This document shows positions 24,703-38,500 of a DNA stretch of 64,000 nucleotides, in pieces. Both the position numbers and the translations under genes were made by a program. Origin of the DNA: Psammoneis japonica (lineage: Eukaryota); the NCBI GenBank assembly GCA_008632985.1, contig QPGO01000052.1:1-64000 (forward strand), in the 5' to 3' direction. Below the pieces are notes generated by a model. It was not told the DNA's origin. It was given only the letters and a program-made list of their open reading frames with translations, and ran no database searches. Each line of letters opens with the position of its first letter. Position 1 is the first letter of the stretch.

Positions 24703-27700
24703 ATGGATGCGATGCACAATGGACACTCAACACGAAGTCGCGACGACCGAACACAATAGACTAACTATTCTGGATTCTTCATGGGACAACGAAGGAAAAC
24801 TGAACATGACTGGGTCGATAGACATGGAAGGTGTCCCCGCCAGTAGTGGCTCAATGAACGAGACGGCACCGAACTCGTCCGTGGTGGAAGAAGAAATAGC
24901 TGCGGAAGCTTCTCCCATCACGCCGCCACGAGACCGCACTTCTTCACAGGAATGTGTGTTGGAGGACGCATCTCCGCAGTCGCTTGAATTTGATGGCGGG
25001 GAAAAATCTCTTCCGGCATCTGGGTCTGCAACCCCAGTTCCTGAAGACGACGTTGAAGCAGAGTCGGGGGACAGGGACGAAGACGAGCCTGAGACGTGTC
25101 CCAGATGGGCAACAGCGTTGCAGAGCCCGTCGGAAGGCGGACAGTTCTCACCATCGGTGGAATTGAAGAGCCCCGTAAGCATGCACGGAACCGGTTTGCT
25201 ACTGGCGGTAGACCGAGCGAAAAGACTTTCTAAGTGTGGTCGTCGTTGCTCGACTCTGTTTTATGACGTTGCTGCTCTATATGATACCTTCGCTCAAGCC
25301 GTACTCAAGACGAGCCAAGCACTACAATCTCCAATGGGAGGAACACCCGTGGCGGGTGTGTCAAATGCCTGTATCAATAGCTTGATCTCGTTTTCCAAAC
25401 AAATACAAGGACTTGCAATATGCTTGCGTGGCAGCGTGGCCCGTCCTCTTCATGGCTCGATGACGTCGCTGGGAGACGCCGCACCCAACGTATACAATCG
25501 GTACACCTCAACTCGAGCCAAATGCTTTGATGCAAGGAAGGTGGCTCTTAATGTGCGCACAAAGTACGTCAAAGCTGTTCGTGACGCGGAAAGCGCGATC
25601 AAGGACTTCAAGCAAGCGAAGCAAAGTCAAGACCCAACCAGAACCGTAGAAAGGGTGCAGTCTTCAGACAGTGCTGACATGTCAGTTTCCTCGACGACGG
25701 CCGACGCTGCTTCAGAGGAAAGTGAATCGAAGGGATGGGAAAAGTCAATCATGAAGTTGGGACAAAAACAAGGTGGTTTTGGTAACGTAACTGATGTCGT
25801 ATCGCGTCTTCTGAACCAAGTGCAGACACTCGAAGGTCAATACATGAACCTCGTGGACGAAGAAAACAAGGCTGTATCTCAAGCTCAGACGATGGAGGTG
25901 ATGGCACTCGAATCTCTTCAAGAATTGGAAGAGGTATGTCTTTCTAACTTCAACTCATGGTCGTGATTTATGATTTTGCTCAATTGGATCTGTTGTTGTC
26001 GTGCTACAAAAGGAACGGCTACAGTGCTTTGTAGAAACAATCAAGCGCACGCTCGAAGCGGAAATGGGTGCGCTGGAGAAAATGATGCTTTCTTCAGATC
26101 ATAACCAAGAGGGTAATGTGGACGCCATATCTGTAGAAGAAAAGAAAGGCAACGTTTTTACTTCTTTTCTCAAGACCGCCTCCTCGCAATTCGACGAAGG
26201 TATTGGAATCATGGACTCTGAGACCATGGGACTTCCCGAAGAGGCGGGTAAGTTGCGAGACGAAGTTAAGTCGCAACTGTCGCGCCACTCATCGAGATGT
26301 CAGTCGATCAAATCTCTCATTAGTTTCTTCGATGAGATAGCCACCGCGTGCGCCTCCCTTGCGGCAGGAATGACCTCGAGACTTGGACAGGAAGGGTATG
26401 GACCAAAAAAGTAAGTAAGCTCTATACATTGGATATACAGTTGAAAGACTATATCACTTATATTAAACACGTCAAACAGGAGGAGCAGTGCACCCAACGG
26501 ACTTTTGTCCGTGGCTATGGCGAAGAACGAAGGCAACAGTGTTCTTCGTTTCTGGAATAGTTTGATCGACACAATTGTTGAAAGTATCGCTGCCGCCCGA
26601 ACGCTCTCAGAAACCTTTAAAGCTGCTCGAATATCTGCGCTAGAGACTTTGACAGCCGCAGACCGTGAAATGAAAGCCGCTTCCGACGCGGACGAGCAGA
26701 GGTGGAAGTACCTGTGCGATGCTGCCCGGAATGAAACTAAAGCGCAGTCTCGGTATAAACAGACGTCGAGTCAATTTGAAAAGGCCAGAAGTCGAGCACG
26801 GTCTGTCGATGACGGCAAAGACATTGCCGAGTCAGCCTCTGCTCCACCCCGAAAGGATTCTGGAATGACACAAGGAATGACGAAGGCTCTTGGGAATGTC
26901 ATTTCGATTCTTCCAAACGGAGGGGAGCACGCAATGAAGATGATGACACCAAATGCGAGACGTAAGCTCGCACAGAAAAGTCTCGAAGAAGCAAATGAGA
27001 AAGAGGCGAAACACAAGTATAATTTGGAATCGGCAACGGCAATTAGAATCCAGGCGTTAAAGTCATACACCGATTCAGCAGAAGCGATGATCGACAAATT
27101 CAAGGACAGCGACGAACGAGGGTGGTCTGCGATTCGTGCGTCTCTAGAGGTGTCGGTGTCGAAGTTTGAAGTTTTTCGCCAAGAGCGCTACAAATGCCTT
27201 GAGGTGCCATCTCGGCTTGTCGGAGAGACTGCGAATACTGCAATAACAACAGATATGGTCACATGGACAGCTCGGGTACGAAAGCACGTTGCAAAGAAAG
27301 CGAAACAGCAAGGCGCGGATTTGAAACACGGGTTTAAACTCATGATTCAACTTGAAACATCCCCTGATGTGTACAAATTGTTGGCTTTAGTTCATAGTAA
27401 TGACGAAGAACTTGAGAAGAAACGCGTGTCGAACGAGATGGTGGATTCGAGTAGCGAAAAGCTGCCGAACGAATCTCGGAGTGAACCGTTGTCGCCAAGT
27501 ACACGAGAGTTGATGTCGCTGTCAGAAGCATTGAAGGACCGTGTTGGTGTGGACAAGAGCAGCCAGATTTCATTAAAGCCCCGATTTCTCGCTGGAGGCC
27601 CGACTCTCGCCTCTGAGACGAAGAAGGTTTCAGCAACAAATAAGGCAGAGACCGACGTGTTTTTGGCTCATTTCTGGAGAGAGAAAGAAGAGGTACCACC

Positions 27701-28994
27701 GACCGTAATCGAATCATTCACATGTGCATACTGGACGAAGGAGGGAGACGGCTACATTGCACCGTTGCTTCATGGTCGCATGTTTGTGACATCATCGACA
27801 ATGTATTTTGTTGGGTGGGGAGAAAAGAAGATTGTTCTGAACTGGAAAGATGTAGTCGATGTAAAGAAGGAGACAACCTTGGCTGGGACTATCGACAACG
27901 CTATCCGAGTAACCTACCGGGAAACAGGAATACCAGACGAATCGTCGTATTTCTTTGGTAGTTTTGCTTATCGCGACGACGCATTTGAGCTGGTAGATAG
28001 ACTGTGTACAATCGCCAAATCCTTGAAAGAGATGGTCCCCAGAACAGATGATCATAAGGAAAACTTACCTCCTGTGCCGCCTGATGATGCACTGAAAAAG
28101 ATGGAAGTTGTCCTATCAAAGAAGATGAAGAACGTGCTTCCTAGGAAGTTTTACGAAATCGTTTGGTCAGACGGGGCAAATGCGGACTCTGAAACATTAT
28201 ACAAGGCCTGGTTAGAGAACATGGGCTCTCGTTGTGTCAAAGTGACCAATTGGGAGTTCTCTGAGGATGGCTCCAATAGTATTGTGAATGCATTCGATGG
28301 CGAAGGCTATTCACAGAAAAGAATTGTCAATTTTGAATTTACAAGGACGACTCACTTGTACATCGGGCCTCCGGTAGCTCAGGTAAAGCAAACACACTAT
28401 TGCAGGGTGGACGATAATGACAAGGTTGTACTGGCAATGACCGTTGAAATGATTGGAATCCCGTACGCGGACTGCTTTGCTGTAGAAGCTCGCTGGGTTG
28501 GGAGACGAGACGGAGCGAGAGATCTTCACGTTCAGGTTGGAGTTTTTGTGGATTTCAAGAAATCAACCATGTTTGCGGCAAAGATTCGGAAAGGAACCAT
28601 AGAGGAATCAACTCCTGTCCACAGGAATCTCTTCGAGTTTGTACAAAAGAAGCTTGTATCAACCGGTGAGGGAAAAGAGCCGGAACCGGTGGATCTTGAT
28701 GTGATTGCCACAGAAAACGAAGCCCCTGCTCCAAAGAAACCAATCGAACTATTTTGGGAGAGCGTTACGAACAAGATTTCATTGCTCACGAAAAATCCAA
28801 TGGATGCATTATTTGATGCGTCCCTTCTCCTCCTCCTTCTCTTTGTAACTTCATTCGCTTATTCTGGATCACGAGAATCGAGAGAAATCGAGCACCTTGG
28901 AAAGCGAATTGACGATTTGCACGATGAGATGAGAGAAATGCAACGTACTTTAGACTCGATCCTGTCGATAATGAAAGAATCGGTAGAGAACTGA
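24703..28994 (+). CDS. Coiled-coil (F-BAR-like) + GRAM + VASt/StART-like + C-terminal TM protein (LAM/Aster/VAD1 family); introns 25934-26012 and 26411-26479; start codon uncertain (24695-24719)
   Basis: ESFTCAY...HGRMFVT...YFFGSFAYRDDAF (GRAM), IPYADCFAVEARW...VFVDFKKSTMF (VASt), LLLLLLFV TM segment. Both GT-AG introns keep frame across three ORFs. Confidence 0.88.
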
Positions 28995-29112
28995 TGGAGG
29001 ATGCATACCTCTACCATAATTTTAAAATTAACAGCTGAAAAGCGATAGAATGTTTGTTACCGCGTCTTAATTTCAAGGTACCACAACAGGGTCATACATA
29101 GTGTTTGTCACT

Positions 29113-30336
29113 TCAATCGATCTCATCCATGATTCCTTCTTTGTTTGTTTCAGACTCATCGCCGTCAGGTAGCGATGCAGTGATGTGCAAAAACGTTGCC
29201 ACGTTCTTGGACGCAAATTCACATACTTCGCACCCACGCTGCACCGTTATAGTGCCGCCGCGATCTTTAAGTCTGTATCGATTCATGTCAATTTCCTCGA
29301 CGACGATTATCATCTTTCTATCGTTCCGAAGAAGAGTGATAAGTTCACGGAGCGCGCTTCGGTTGTACGGGCCAAAAATGTGAACACTTGATTTCTTGTC
29401 TTGGCGAAGCAGTTTCTTCATTGTCTGAGACAACGCCACTAGATCAGAAAACAAATAGGCACAGTCACTAGCAACGACGGTGTCATAACTGGCTTCATAG
29501 CTACCAACAACGGCCGTCCTCCCTCCCTTTTCGGCGAAATCGTGCCAATTCAGTTTCCTCACATGCAAACGAGGTCCTACTACCCTCCCGTGCGATTGGC
29601 GAACTCGACCAATATTGTCTCTGCACTGATTAATGACTTCTGCCTTGTAGTCTGTCATTGTAAATGACTTCATTTCTGGTGGACGATGAATGTGACTCAT
29701 GATCCCGCCAAATCCAACCCCGCTCCCTAGTTCGATTACGTCACCAAAGAGCAATTCTGGATGCATAGAGAAGAACATGGCCATAACAATAGAGCTTTCC
29801 CATGTTGTAGAACCTGTACCCGCACTCCCTAGAACACCGTGATCAATTTCTTTGAGTTCAAACGACAGCATGGGATCACCCAGTCGCGCGAGGTCTTCTT
29901 TTTCACACCGGGGATGAATTGGTGTTACTGAAGGCACGTTTTTTCTCAAAACAAAGCGTTTTGAGGCTCGCTCCAGGTCGTAATGCTCCTCTACAGCGAA
30001 AGGATTCCTTATCGAGTGACGGATCGAAGAAGACACGTCGAGCTCATAGTATGTTCTCGTCACTCCGTCACGCGATATGCAAAACGTATCGCCTTCGAGA
30101 AGCAATGGTGGCGGGGACAAAAAAGAAACGGCAACATTTTGTTGCTCTACCAAGGGCGTTAGTATTTCGTTCGAGGTGCTTGGACGACATTGGAAAAAAT
30201 CTTCTTCGCTGTTTCTAACAGGACGGGATTGCGGGTATCGCGTCGGTGCTGATGTCGCGTGAGCATTGACTGTTTGCTGGCTAAACACCCCCGACAAGGT
30301 CTGAAGACTCCGAGATCTTGATGTAGACGATGCCAT
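29113..30336 (-). CDS. SAM-dependent protein methyltransferase (Methyltransf_16)
   Basis: GTGSTTWESS, VIELGSGVGFGG, MTDY, LNW and VVASDCAY motifs. Start uncertain (ATG at 30336, 30363 or 30456). Confidence 0.87.
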   Translation of the reverse strand: MASSTSRSRSLQTLSGVFSQQTVNAHATSAPTRYPQSRPVRNSEEDFFQCRPSTSNEILTPLVEQQNVAVSFLSPPPLLLEGDTFCISRDGVTRTYYELDVSSSIRHSIRNPFAVEEHYDLERASKRFVLRKNVPSVTPIHPRCEKEDLARLGDPMLSFELKEIDHGVLGSAGTGSTTWESSIVMAMFFSMHPELLFGDVIELGSGVGFGGIMSHIHRPPEMKSFTMTDYKAEVINQCRDNIGRVRQSHGRVVGPRLHVRKLNWHDFAEKGGRTAVVGSYEASYDTVVASDCAYLFSDLVALSQTMKKLLRQDKKSSVHIFGPYNRSALRELITLLRNDRKMIIVVEEIDMNRYRLKDRGGTITVQRGCEVCEFASKNVATFLHITASLPDGDESETNKEGIMDEID

Positions 30337-30608
30337 TGCCGCTCTGAACTTTGGTGTGGGCATCAGAACATGCTTTCGGACAGTAACACCTAACACCGAA
30401 TGAATCCAGATTTGAAAACAAGACCAGGAAGTGAGTCCGTAAGTGAGAAGTGACATCCAAGATCCAAAAGAGCCAAAAGCATATGGTCATTTTCATTCAT
30501 CAATCTCCAATCAAATAATACAGTACTGGATGTAATCATCATCATCACAGAAGATCCGTGTCAACAACATTGACGTCATCACGAACTCGTGCTACCGTGC
30601 TAACTGTA

Positions 30609-30854
30609 CCTCCTCGTACCCAAGTTTAGATGGAGACGGACTGACTCAAACCGACCTCGCTCGATGACTATGACCTCTCGCTGGATCCGCGACGGAAGTA
30701 GGGTACTTCCAACTCAAGATGACTCGGTCTAGTCTTCTGACTGTGACCGGTCAAACTTCGGTTTTCTTTTCTCTCACTTTTCCAGCTTTGTTGGAACAGG
30801 AACCCTGATCATCGTGACTGGATCACTCAAGCTCGGAAAAGCATTCTTCTTTTT
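30609..30854 (+). repeat. Terminal repeat A1 (runs into N gap)
   Basis: Matches ~39063-39308 with 6 substitutions by hand alignment. Confidence 0.95.
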
Positions 30855-31034
30855 NNNNNNNNNNNNNNNNNNNNNNNNNNNNNNNNNNNNNNNNNNNNNN
30901 NNNNNNNNNNNNNNNNNNNNNNNNNNNNNNNNNNNNNNNNNNNNNNNNNNNNNNNNNNNNNNNNNNNNNNNNNNNNNNNNNNNNNNNNNNNNNNNNNNNN
31001 NNNNNNNNNNNNNNNNNNNNNNNNNNNNNNNNNN

Positions 31035-33330
31035 AAATCCTCGAGGCACAAGCGATGACATTTTGGGGGGTTGTGGTCATCCCCAGTCGGACATTGACAG
31101 GGCGGAGTTGGGGGAAGTCATTTCCCACCCTCCAGGAACTCACGTTTTGGAAGGAGACGCATCCCACCCGGTTCAGAGGGAAACCCGCTCGTCTCGGGTT
31201 GGTTTCTTTGGGCGGGATTTGTCAGGTAACATCGGAGGCACGGTCGAGTCGGAGAGGGAAGGTGCGTCTTCTTCGTCCTCGCATGTGCCTCGTTGTCGAA
31301 TCACCTGGCTGGAGGCCATTGGGGCACCCCGGTGCTCAGGGATCAAGGGCGGAGGAGCCACCTTCTGTCTCAAGAAGGCAAGCGAGTGCAATGTGAGGCA
31401 CAAGGGCAGCAAGATGAGTGTTCCGGCGTCGGGTGTGGTGGCAATCCTCAAGTCCCCGGACATGGGTTTTTGTCAACCCATCCCAAGTGGCGGGAACATG
31501 TCTGGTGGAGTGTTGGTCAAGTGGGAAGCCGAGTCGGACACACTGGCCGGTTGGCGGCAGAAATTCTTGGCACTGGGCAATGGTGAACCCTTTTCCACTG
31601 AGGACAAGGTCGAACCCGCCCTGAGGGAGCATGAAAGGGCGGCCGAGTTCAAGACACCGGCGCGGAAGCAGTGGCCGGAACCGTCAACCCTTCAAGAGGA
31701 TGCCGTGCTGGAGGGGTTCATGCCGCACAAGAAACGAATGCTCTCCACCCCGGCGCAGTTCCTGGCGGCAAACAAAAGTCCGCCCGCACTGGCCCGTGTG
31801 GTCCAGTCGACCGAGGATGGGTTGAGGCAAGCCGGGGAAGCACCAGCCAACTTTGGGGACAAAGCTGGCAGGCGATTCCATGCTGCGGAGTCCATGATTG
31901 AGATTCTAAGCTGGAAGCTGGATCAGCTCGACGCATCCATCGGGGAACCGACCCAGGGGTTTGATGAGGCTCTTCTTGCCCCTGCTCTTTGGGGTGCGCT
32001 GGCGAACGTTGCATCCCGGGAAGCCGGAACCCAATCTCCGGACCCAGTCGAGCGTGTCACACAAGTGGAGACGGGGTGGCGAAACCAATCTAACAATCTG
32101 GTGAGAACTTTCAACGAGAAGTTCCAACACATGCAAGATCGGATGGGATCGACGGCCACCCGCGCGGATCTGGAAAACCTGAAGAATGACATGCTTCGGG
32201 TGTGTGCACAGCTCACTTCAAAGGTCAGGTCAATCGAGTCCCAGTTTGGTTCGGGGTTTGCACCTCACGGCGCTTCATTCGATCAAGGGTCCGTGGAAGC
32301 AAGGGTCACACGCCTGGACCGCGCTGTGAGTGAGTTACGTGCAAAGTCAGACAAGTCTGCCATTGAGTTCTCGGGGGTTGGCGCATCATCCTACGAGGAG
32401 TGTCAAGCCTGGATGACACAGCATTTCCCCTCGAGGGCATGCGGGTGCTTGGCTGATGTCGTCTTGCTCTTGGACCGAATTAAGGGGATCGAGCCCACCG
32501 CTCTGCATCACTTTTTATCTCAGTGGGCCAAGCGAATGAGCATGAACATCGCCACCGAGGAAGACGCGCGAACTCTGGCGGGTTTTCAGCATCGCATGCC
32601 TCGGATCTTCGACTCAGGATCTGCGAAGTCGTCTCAGACCTTGGGTTTGCACCCCTCTTGCTTGGATAAAATCGAAACCCATGAACACTGGTCTTCGGGG
32701 AATGTCGGAACAAAGCACTTCATCGAGGGGAAGATCGCCACAACGGAGAGCGACATTGTGGAAGACATCAACCAACGTGTCAGACCGGGAACATTTGAAA
32801 GTCAGGCAGTCCGGGACGCATTGTCGAAATCGGTGGCATTTCTTCGGGCGCTAATTCAGTTTATGGACTCCACTTGTGCATCACTCACCGACCTGAGCAA
32901 GTTCTCCAAGAAGCAAGCGTGGTCCTTGACGACTAAATTGACTCACCGCATTTTCGAGGACATCCACAAGGCGCGCTCCGGGGTTTTTACCTCCATTTCC
33001 GGGACGGACCCAGATGCAGTGTGCAGCAAGATTTTGTGGGCGGTGTTTCGGACCCACGACATCATGGCAGAGTACACCTCTCTAGGATTTACCGACCACC
33101 CTTCTATGGCGTCGGAATGCGTCAAGTTTCTGGCTACAAACTCAGGATTCGAGGTGGTAACTGATTTGCAATCTTCGGTGCTGACGCTAACGGAGAAAGC
33201 CAAGAACGCTAGCTCAGAGGCTAAGTCAGCCCAGGCCCGAGGCGACTCGGCGCACGTTGAGCTGGGCAAATTGCGAACGGAAATTAAGGACCTGACTCGT
33301 CGGCTTAAGGCTCTGGAGAGCAAGAAGTGA
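31035..33330 (+). CDS. ORF1 gag-like protein of the YR retrotransposon (5' end in N gap)
   Basis: Long ORF with coiled coils, positioned before RT; only 2 Tyr in ~765 readable aa. Confidence 0.75.
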
Positions 33331-33441
33331 AATTCATGGGGAACGGAGGATACGGGGGAGGGCCAGGTCTCGTTTGATAGGCCGAATAACCTAAGGCACA
33401 TCATACGGGGCAGAAAGGCCTTCTGTTTTCAAGGATCTTGC

Positions 33442-36400
33442 TTGATTCTCGCCTCCGGTCCCCCAATCTGGCTCTTGTCCTTGCAACCAAAGGAATGGCC
33501 TGCTGTTCATTGCTGCTGCGACGACTCCCACTGGGGTTCTCTATCAGTGGAACTGTTTCGGAACCAATTGAATGCCTCCTTGGCACGGGTCTCATGGGCA
33601 AGGGTTGAACAACTGACCAGGCGGGTTGATGTTGTATTCGTGTCGGGGCCACCTTCGTTCCTTGAGTCCGCAGCTCATACAATGCGGTCGGGATCTTTGA
33701 TCATGATCCCTGTGGGAGCGTTTTCGCGTCGCAGTCTTCTAGGTTTAAACCAGTTACAGCGGCGGGACATTACACATGCGGTGGTGGGCGGTGTCACTTC
33801 CTTTCGGACTGCACTCTTCTGGCGGGGGGTTCCTACTCCGGTCTTTGATGGAGGCCTGCGGCGGTCCATTGGGCACATCATCGACTATAAGCTACCCGGG
33901 TCGCCATCGCCACAACACCCGAGTGGGGAATTTTACAATGAGGGCGACCATCTCAACCCACAGTTTCTGACCCGTCCAGTCGTGCACCCATCGTATCGGT
34001 CGCCGACAGGTTGGGTCACCCGTGCACCATCTGTGGATGAGATGTTGGCGGCCTGGGATTTTCCCCTGCGTTTCCGCATGCCTCAGGTACATCAGGCTTT
34101 CGAGCGGGGATTTCCTCTTGTCCCGTTGAATCTCCTCACACTTTTTGTGGAGGCGTTTGTTGATCACACGCCCCGGAATTCGTTACAACCTGGGGGCGTG
34201 GTGTGTGACAACACGGAGGTCGGGGTCCCGGTCCGCCAGGCCGGAACGTGGCTACCGACTCTCGGACGCCATTTACCCCACACTTGGATCGACGTATCCC
34301 TCATAACGGCGAAAGCTGCAAAGGGGGATGCGGCAGCCCCTCCTTTCCGGTTGTGGGATAAGAGGATCACTTTGATTTTCCCGGGGTCTGGCAAGGCTTT
34401 GCCAGCCCTTCGGGACTTGGCGCACCGGTGGTGGCGGCGAAAGACCCTTCAGTCCTTTCTGGGCCATCTGCGCCGGGAGTGTGGTCCGACTTGGGTCGCC
34501 ATGCTGGCGACACAACGCCGACGTTTTGGGGACGCCACCGGGCGTCTTCAGGGGGGGGTTTGCCGCCACCCTCCACTCCCACCCTTGCTTCTAGACGCAC
34601 ACCTTGGGACTGAGGTGTTGGCGCAAGTGTTGGACAGCTCCTGGTGGAGTTGGGACCGAGGTTCGTCTCTTTTATTCTGGCGGTGGCCCACTCCGGAACA
34701 GCGGGTGGGGGCTCGAGATGGGATCCAGACATTTGTCAAGGGCCCTCTCCCTCGCAATCGCCGATGGCAGAGAATCCGGGGGTCCGAGCACAAGATTCTT
34801 AGGATGGTGGACAAGATCCAAAAGGTCCGAGACCAAGGTTGCATCCATCGTGGGAGGGTGGTTAGTCTAACTGATTATTTTTGGGTCCCAAAAACCGTCC
34901 GTGTGGAACCCCAGAATGGTCGCTTGGTGGAAATCGTTGAAGACGTGCGAATGGTTTATAACGGAACCTCCTCGGGGTTGAACGACGCCCTCTGGGCACC
35001 CTCGTTTTTCTTGCCCACTCCTGCGTCGGTTCTGGGGTGCATGACTCGTGCTGCCTTTTCAGTGGATCTCGACCTGGGCGACATGTTTTTAAACTTCTTC
35101 ATGGATCCCAACATTCGGCCACATGCGGGGATCGACTTGACGCCTCTCAAGCCACATCTCGGGTCCCAGGAGTCGATCTCGACGGGCACGCCCTGGTTCA
35201 AGCATTGGAACCGTTTGTTTGTGGGGATGCGGCCCAGCCCTTGCTTGGCGGTGAGGGCATTTCATTGGGCTGATGAGATTGCCAGAGGCGATCCAAACCG
35301 ACTCTCCAATGTCATGGGATGCGACAAGCTGCTCCTAAACTTGCCAGGGGATCCCAACTTCCAGACGGAGAAACCATTCGTGATGAAGTGGAATTCTCGT
35401 CGCAAGGAAATTGCTGGCGACATAAAAACATTCGTTGATGACTTGCGCGGATTGGGGGCTAATGAGGAATCCGCCTGGCAAGTTGCTCACCAAATGGCCT
35501 CGCGGTTGCAGTGTCTTGGACTGCAGAATGCTGCCCGGAAGGTGCGCCCCCCCTCGCAGGTTGAGACCGGAGCCTGGGCTGGTGCCATTTTCCAAGTTAT
35601 CGATGGGGATGTTGCTCAGTCAGTTTCCCAGGCCAAATGGGATAAAGCCAAGGGCATCATTGCAGAACTGCTTGGTTTTTACGCCGGGCGTCCGGGGGGC
35701 TTCCTCCCTGCATTTGACTTTAAGGATCTGGAGCGGAAGAGGGGATTTCTAGTCCACCTTGCGATGACTTGCCCCTTTTTGACACCATTCCTTAAAGGAA
35801 TCCATTTGACCCTCGACTCCTGGCGACCAAATCGAAAGAAGGATGGTTGGGCGATGACTGCGAAAGAATTCGCAAGCTGGATTCACCACCTCGCTGAGAA
35901 GCAGGGCCTTGACCCGTCAGAGGTTGCTGAGGGGCTAAGGGATCAACCGCCCCCTCCGCAGGTCACGGCTGTCCCTCGTTTGTTCATGGATTTAACTGCC
36001 ATGTCCCGCGTCACGGAGTCTCCGACCCCTTCCACGGTTGTCATCCGGTCCTCAAAGATTGTCACTGTCCTCTGTGGCTTTGGGGATGCATCTGGAAAAG
36101 GCCTTGGGACCTCCCTGGAAGCAGCGGACGGAACCATCATCTTTCGGATTGGTGTGTGGGGCGATGATGATCTGGGGAACTCCTCCAACTGGAAAGAGTC
36201 ATCCAACACGGTGGACGCCATCCAAGAACTTGGGGAGCAGGGGGAATTGACCGGCGCGTGTTTGTTCTTTTTTGTGGACAACTCAGTTGCTGAAATGGCT
36301 TGGCACAAGGGCACCTCGACCAGCCCTCCACTGCTTGAGCAGGTCATTTGCTTGAAATCTTTGGAGGCTGAGTGTGGGATTAGGCCATGTCTCATGCATG

Positions 36401-37114
36401 TCTCGGGGGTGCGGATGACAGCTCAGGGTGCTGACGGAGTGTCTGGGGGAGTCTTGACCGAGGGTGTCATGAACAGAGCCAAGATGCTTTCGTTTGTCCC
36501 TCTCCATCTCGGAGCCACAACTCGGTCGGCTGCTCTCTTTGCCTGGGTTCAATTTTGGGCTGGGACTCCAGCTCCGGAACTGCTGACCCCCTTGGATTGG
36601 TGTCAGAAGGGTCATGACATTGCGGGGGTGGAGCTGCCCAGCCTGCGAAGCCATCGAAATGCCCCATTTCAGATCGGGCACGTGGGTCTGGGCCCCACCT
36701 CCAGCCGCGGCGAGAGCGGCCCTAGAAGAGCTCCGGATTGCAAGAATCAAGCGCCAGACATCGTTCCATGCATTCATCTGCCCGCGTTTAATGACTCCGG
36801 AGTGGCAGAAACAGTTGCACAAGGCGGCGGACCCAGTGTTTGCTGTCCCGGCTGGATCAAGGCCGTTCTGGCCAGGTGACATGTTCGAGCCCTTGCCAAT
36901 TGGCCTTCTTTTTCCGTTCGTCTCCTGCAGCCCTTGGCAGCTTCGGGGAACCCCGAAAATGCATGCAATGGAGCGGTCCCTGCGTCGAGTGTGGCCGGAT
37001 GCTACGGTGGACGAAAGGAATGTTTTTGCGCAAATTTTGTGCACAGTGTGGGAATCTGGCCGGCATGTCGGAAGGCATGGTGTCCAGGGTGCCATGCTTC
37101 GAGAGAAAGCATGA
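33442..37114 (+). CDS. Reverse transcriptase / RNase H ORF; frameshift at G-run ~36625
   Basis: DVRMVYNGT, DLDLGDMFLNF, GMRPSP, KTFVDD, GFGDASG, NWKE and FVDNS motifs; continues as WVWAPPPAAA...EEL in ORF 36614-37114. Confidence 0.9.
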
Positions 37115-38500
37115 CTTTCCGTCTGGGGGGGACTCTGGAGGACGACCCTCAAAACGACAACGCGCAATCTCTCGGGGGGGGACCGCCCAAGGCTGGACGA
37201 CAATGCTTGGCATCGGAAGCCTCAAGACAAAAACAAGTTTGTACGGGCTCGCGTGGGAGATCATCTGATGGTTGCCTTTGAGTGCGACACCTGTGCATTT
37301 CACAAGCTCCACCAGAGGGAGGCCCTGCCTTCATCACCTCGAGACGAGGTCGCTCTAGCGTGCACTTGGAGAGTGATTTTGGGCGCGTTTTGGAGCAGGG
37401 AATCGACAACAGTCGAAGCAAACGCGTCGAGAGTTGGGAGGGGCCTGGCCTCATCTGAGCGCCTGGGCCCAACGGGGCCTTACCTCGAGCCAGGCCCTCT
37501 CCCACCCTGTGATCACTGTGGACATGAAGTCGCTGTGCAGATCGTCTTGGCTTCGACGGCGGCGGGAAAACACTCGGAATCGTACACTCAGTTCGACACG
37601 ATCCGAAAATTGCGCACTGCTTGCTCCAACCAGGTGCGCGCATCGGCGGAGGCTAATTCGCGAGCTTTGGCATTGGGGGATTTGGAAGGCAAACAGCATC
37701 TGCGCATGTGCGAAGACCCGTGTGCTTCACTGTGGTTCCAGCGATTCATGACCGGATGCAAAAGACGGGTGGGCCAAGACTGGAGGCCTGACAGAGCAAC
37801 ATCGGTCGACGTCATGCAACATCTGTTGCCTCGGGTCGAGGAGAGGGCCCTCCGAGCCCCAGGAGAGGCAGAGAGATTCATTTGCCTTGCACGCGGATTG
37901 CACTTTGCGGCCAGTTACGTCTTGTCTCTTCGAGGTCCCGAAGGCCTGCTTGTGGACTTGGGGGCTCTTGTCAGACACCTCCCAAGACACGCGGATTATG
38001 TGGTCGTCCCTCTTTTGGGCCGAGTCAAGGGAGAGCATGGGGAGCGGCAGCACCTCCTCCCCAGTGTCAATGTCACCAGCTCAGGTGTCAACCTTCGTTT
38101 TTGGGTCGAAACGGCAGTCTCATTACACTGGGATCATCGGCGCACGCATGGACCAGCGATGTCAAATGTGGCGGGAAAGGTCTTGTCTACGAAAGAGCTC
38201 AACATTTTCTTGCATGAAGTCTTGGGAGACATCCATGAGGACCACCCAAGCCCATTCGCAGCGGACATCACCACGTTCTCTGACACACAGGACAAGCATG
38301 ATGTGAGTTGTTCGTTCAGACGGGGTTCGGACTTGCGTGCCATTGCTCAGAAGGTGCCAGAAGATGACATTGAAGTTGTCAACCGTTGGAAGAAGAAGGA
38401 AAGATCAGGTGCGGCACGACCCACACACAAAATGCGCCAGCACCATGCCGACATTACCCTTCTTTTGCCATCATTCCTGCGTCACACTAAGGCCATGTGA
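36934..38500 (+). CDS. Tyrosine recombinase, probably inactivated; frameshift at G-run ~37175
   Basis: SLRGPE (Arg I), LLGRVKG (Lys), SFRRG (Arg II), NRW. MRQHHAD has His where the catalytic Tyr is expected. Confidence 0.85.

Noticed and set aside
14163..30336. The two methyltransferases as DNA methylases driving the signature
   Set aside because: Motifs match protein (Methyltransf_16) enzymes; no PC or DPPY/NPPY catalytic motif seen.
30571..30578. TGACGTCA bZIP/aureochrome-type site (also 14047-14054)
   Set aside because: An 8-mer is expected about once by chance in 64 kb; no supporting evidence.
33442..38500. Alternative genetic code (Tyr reassignment)
   Set aside because: Adjacent host genes use TAT/TAC and TAA/TAG normally.
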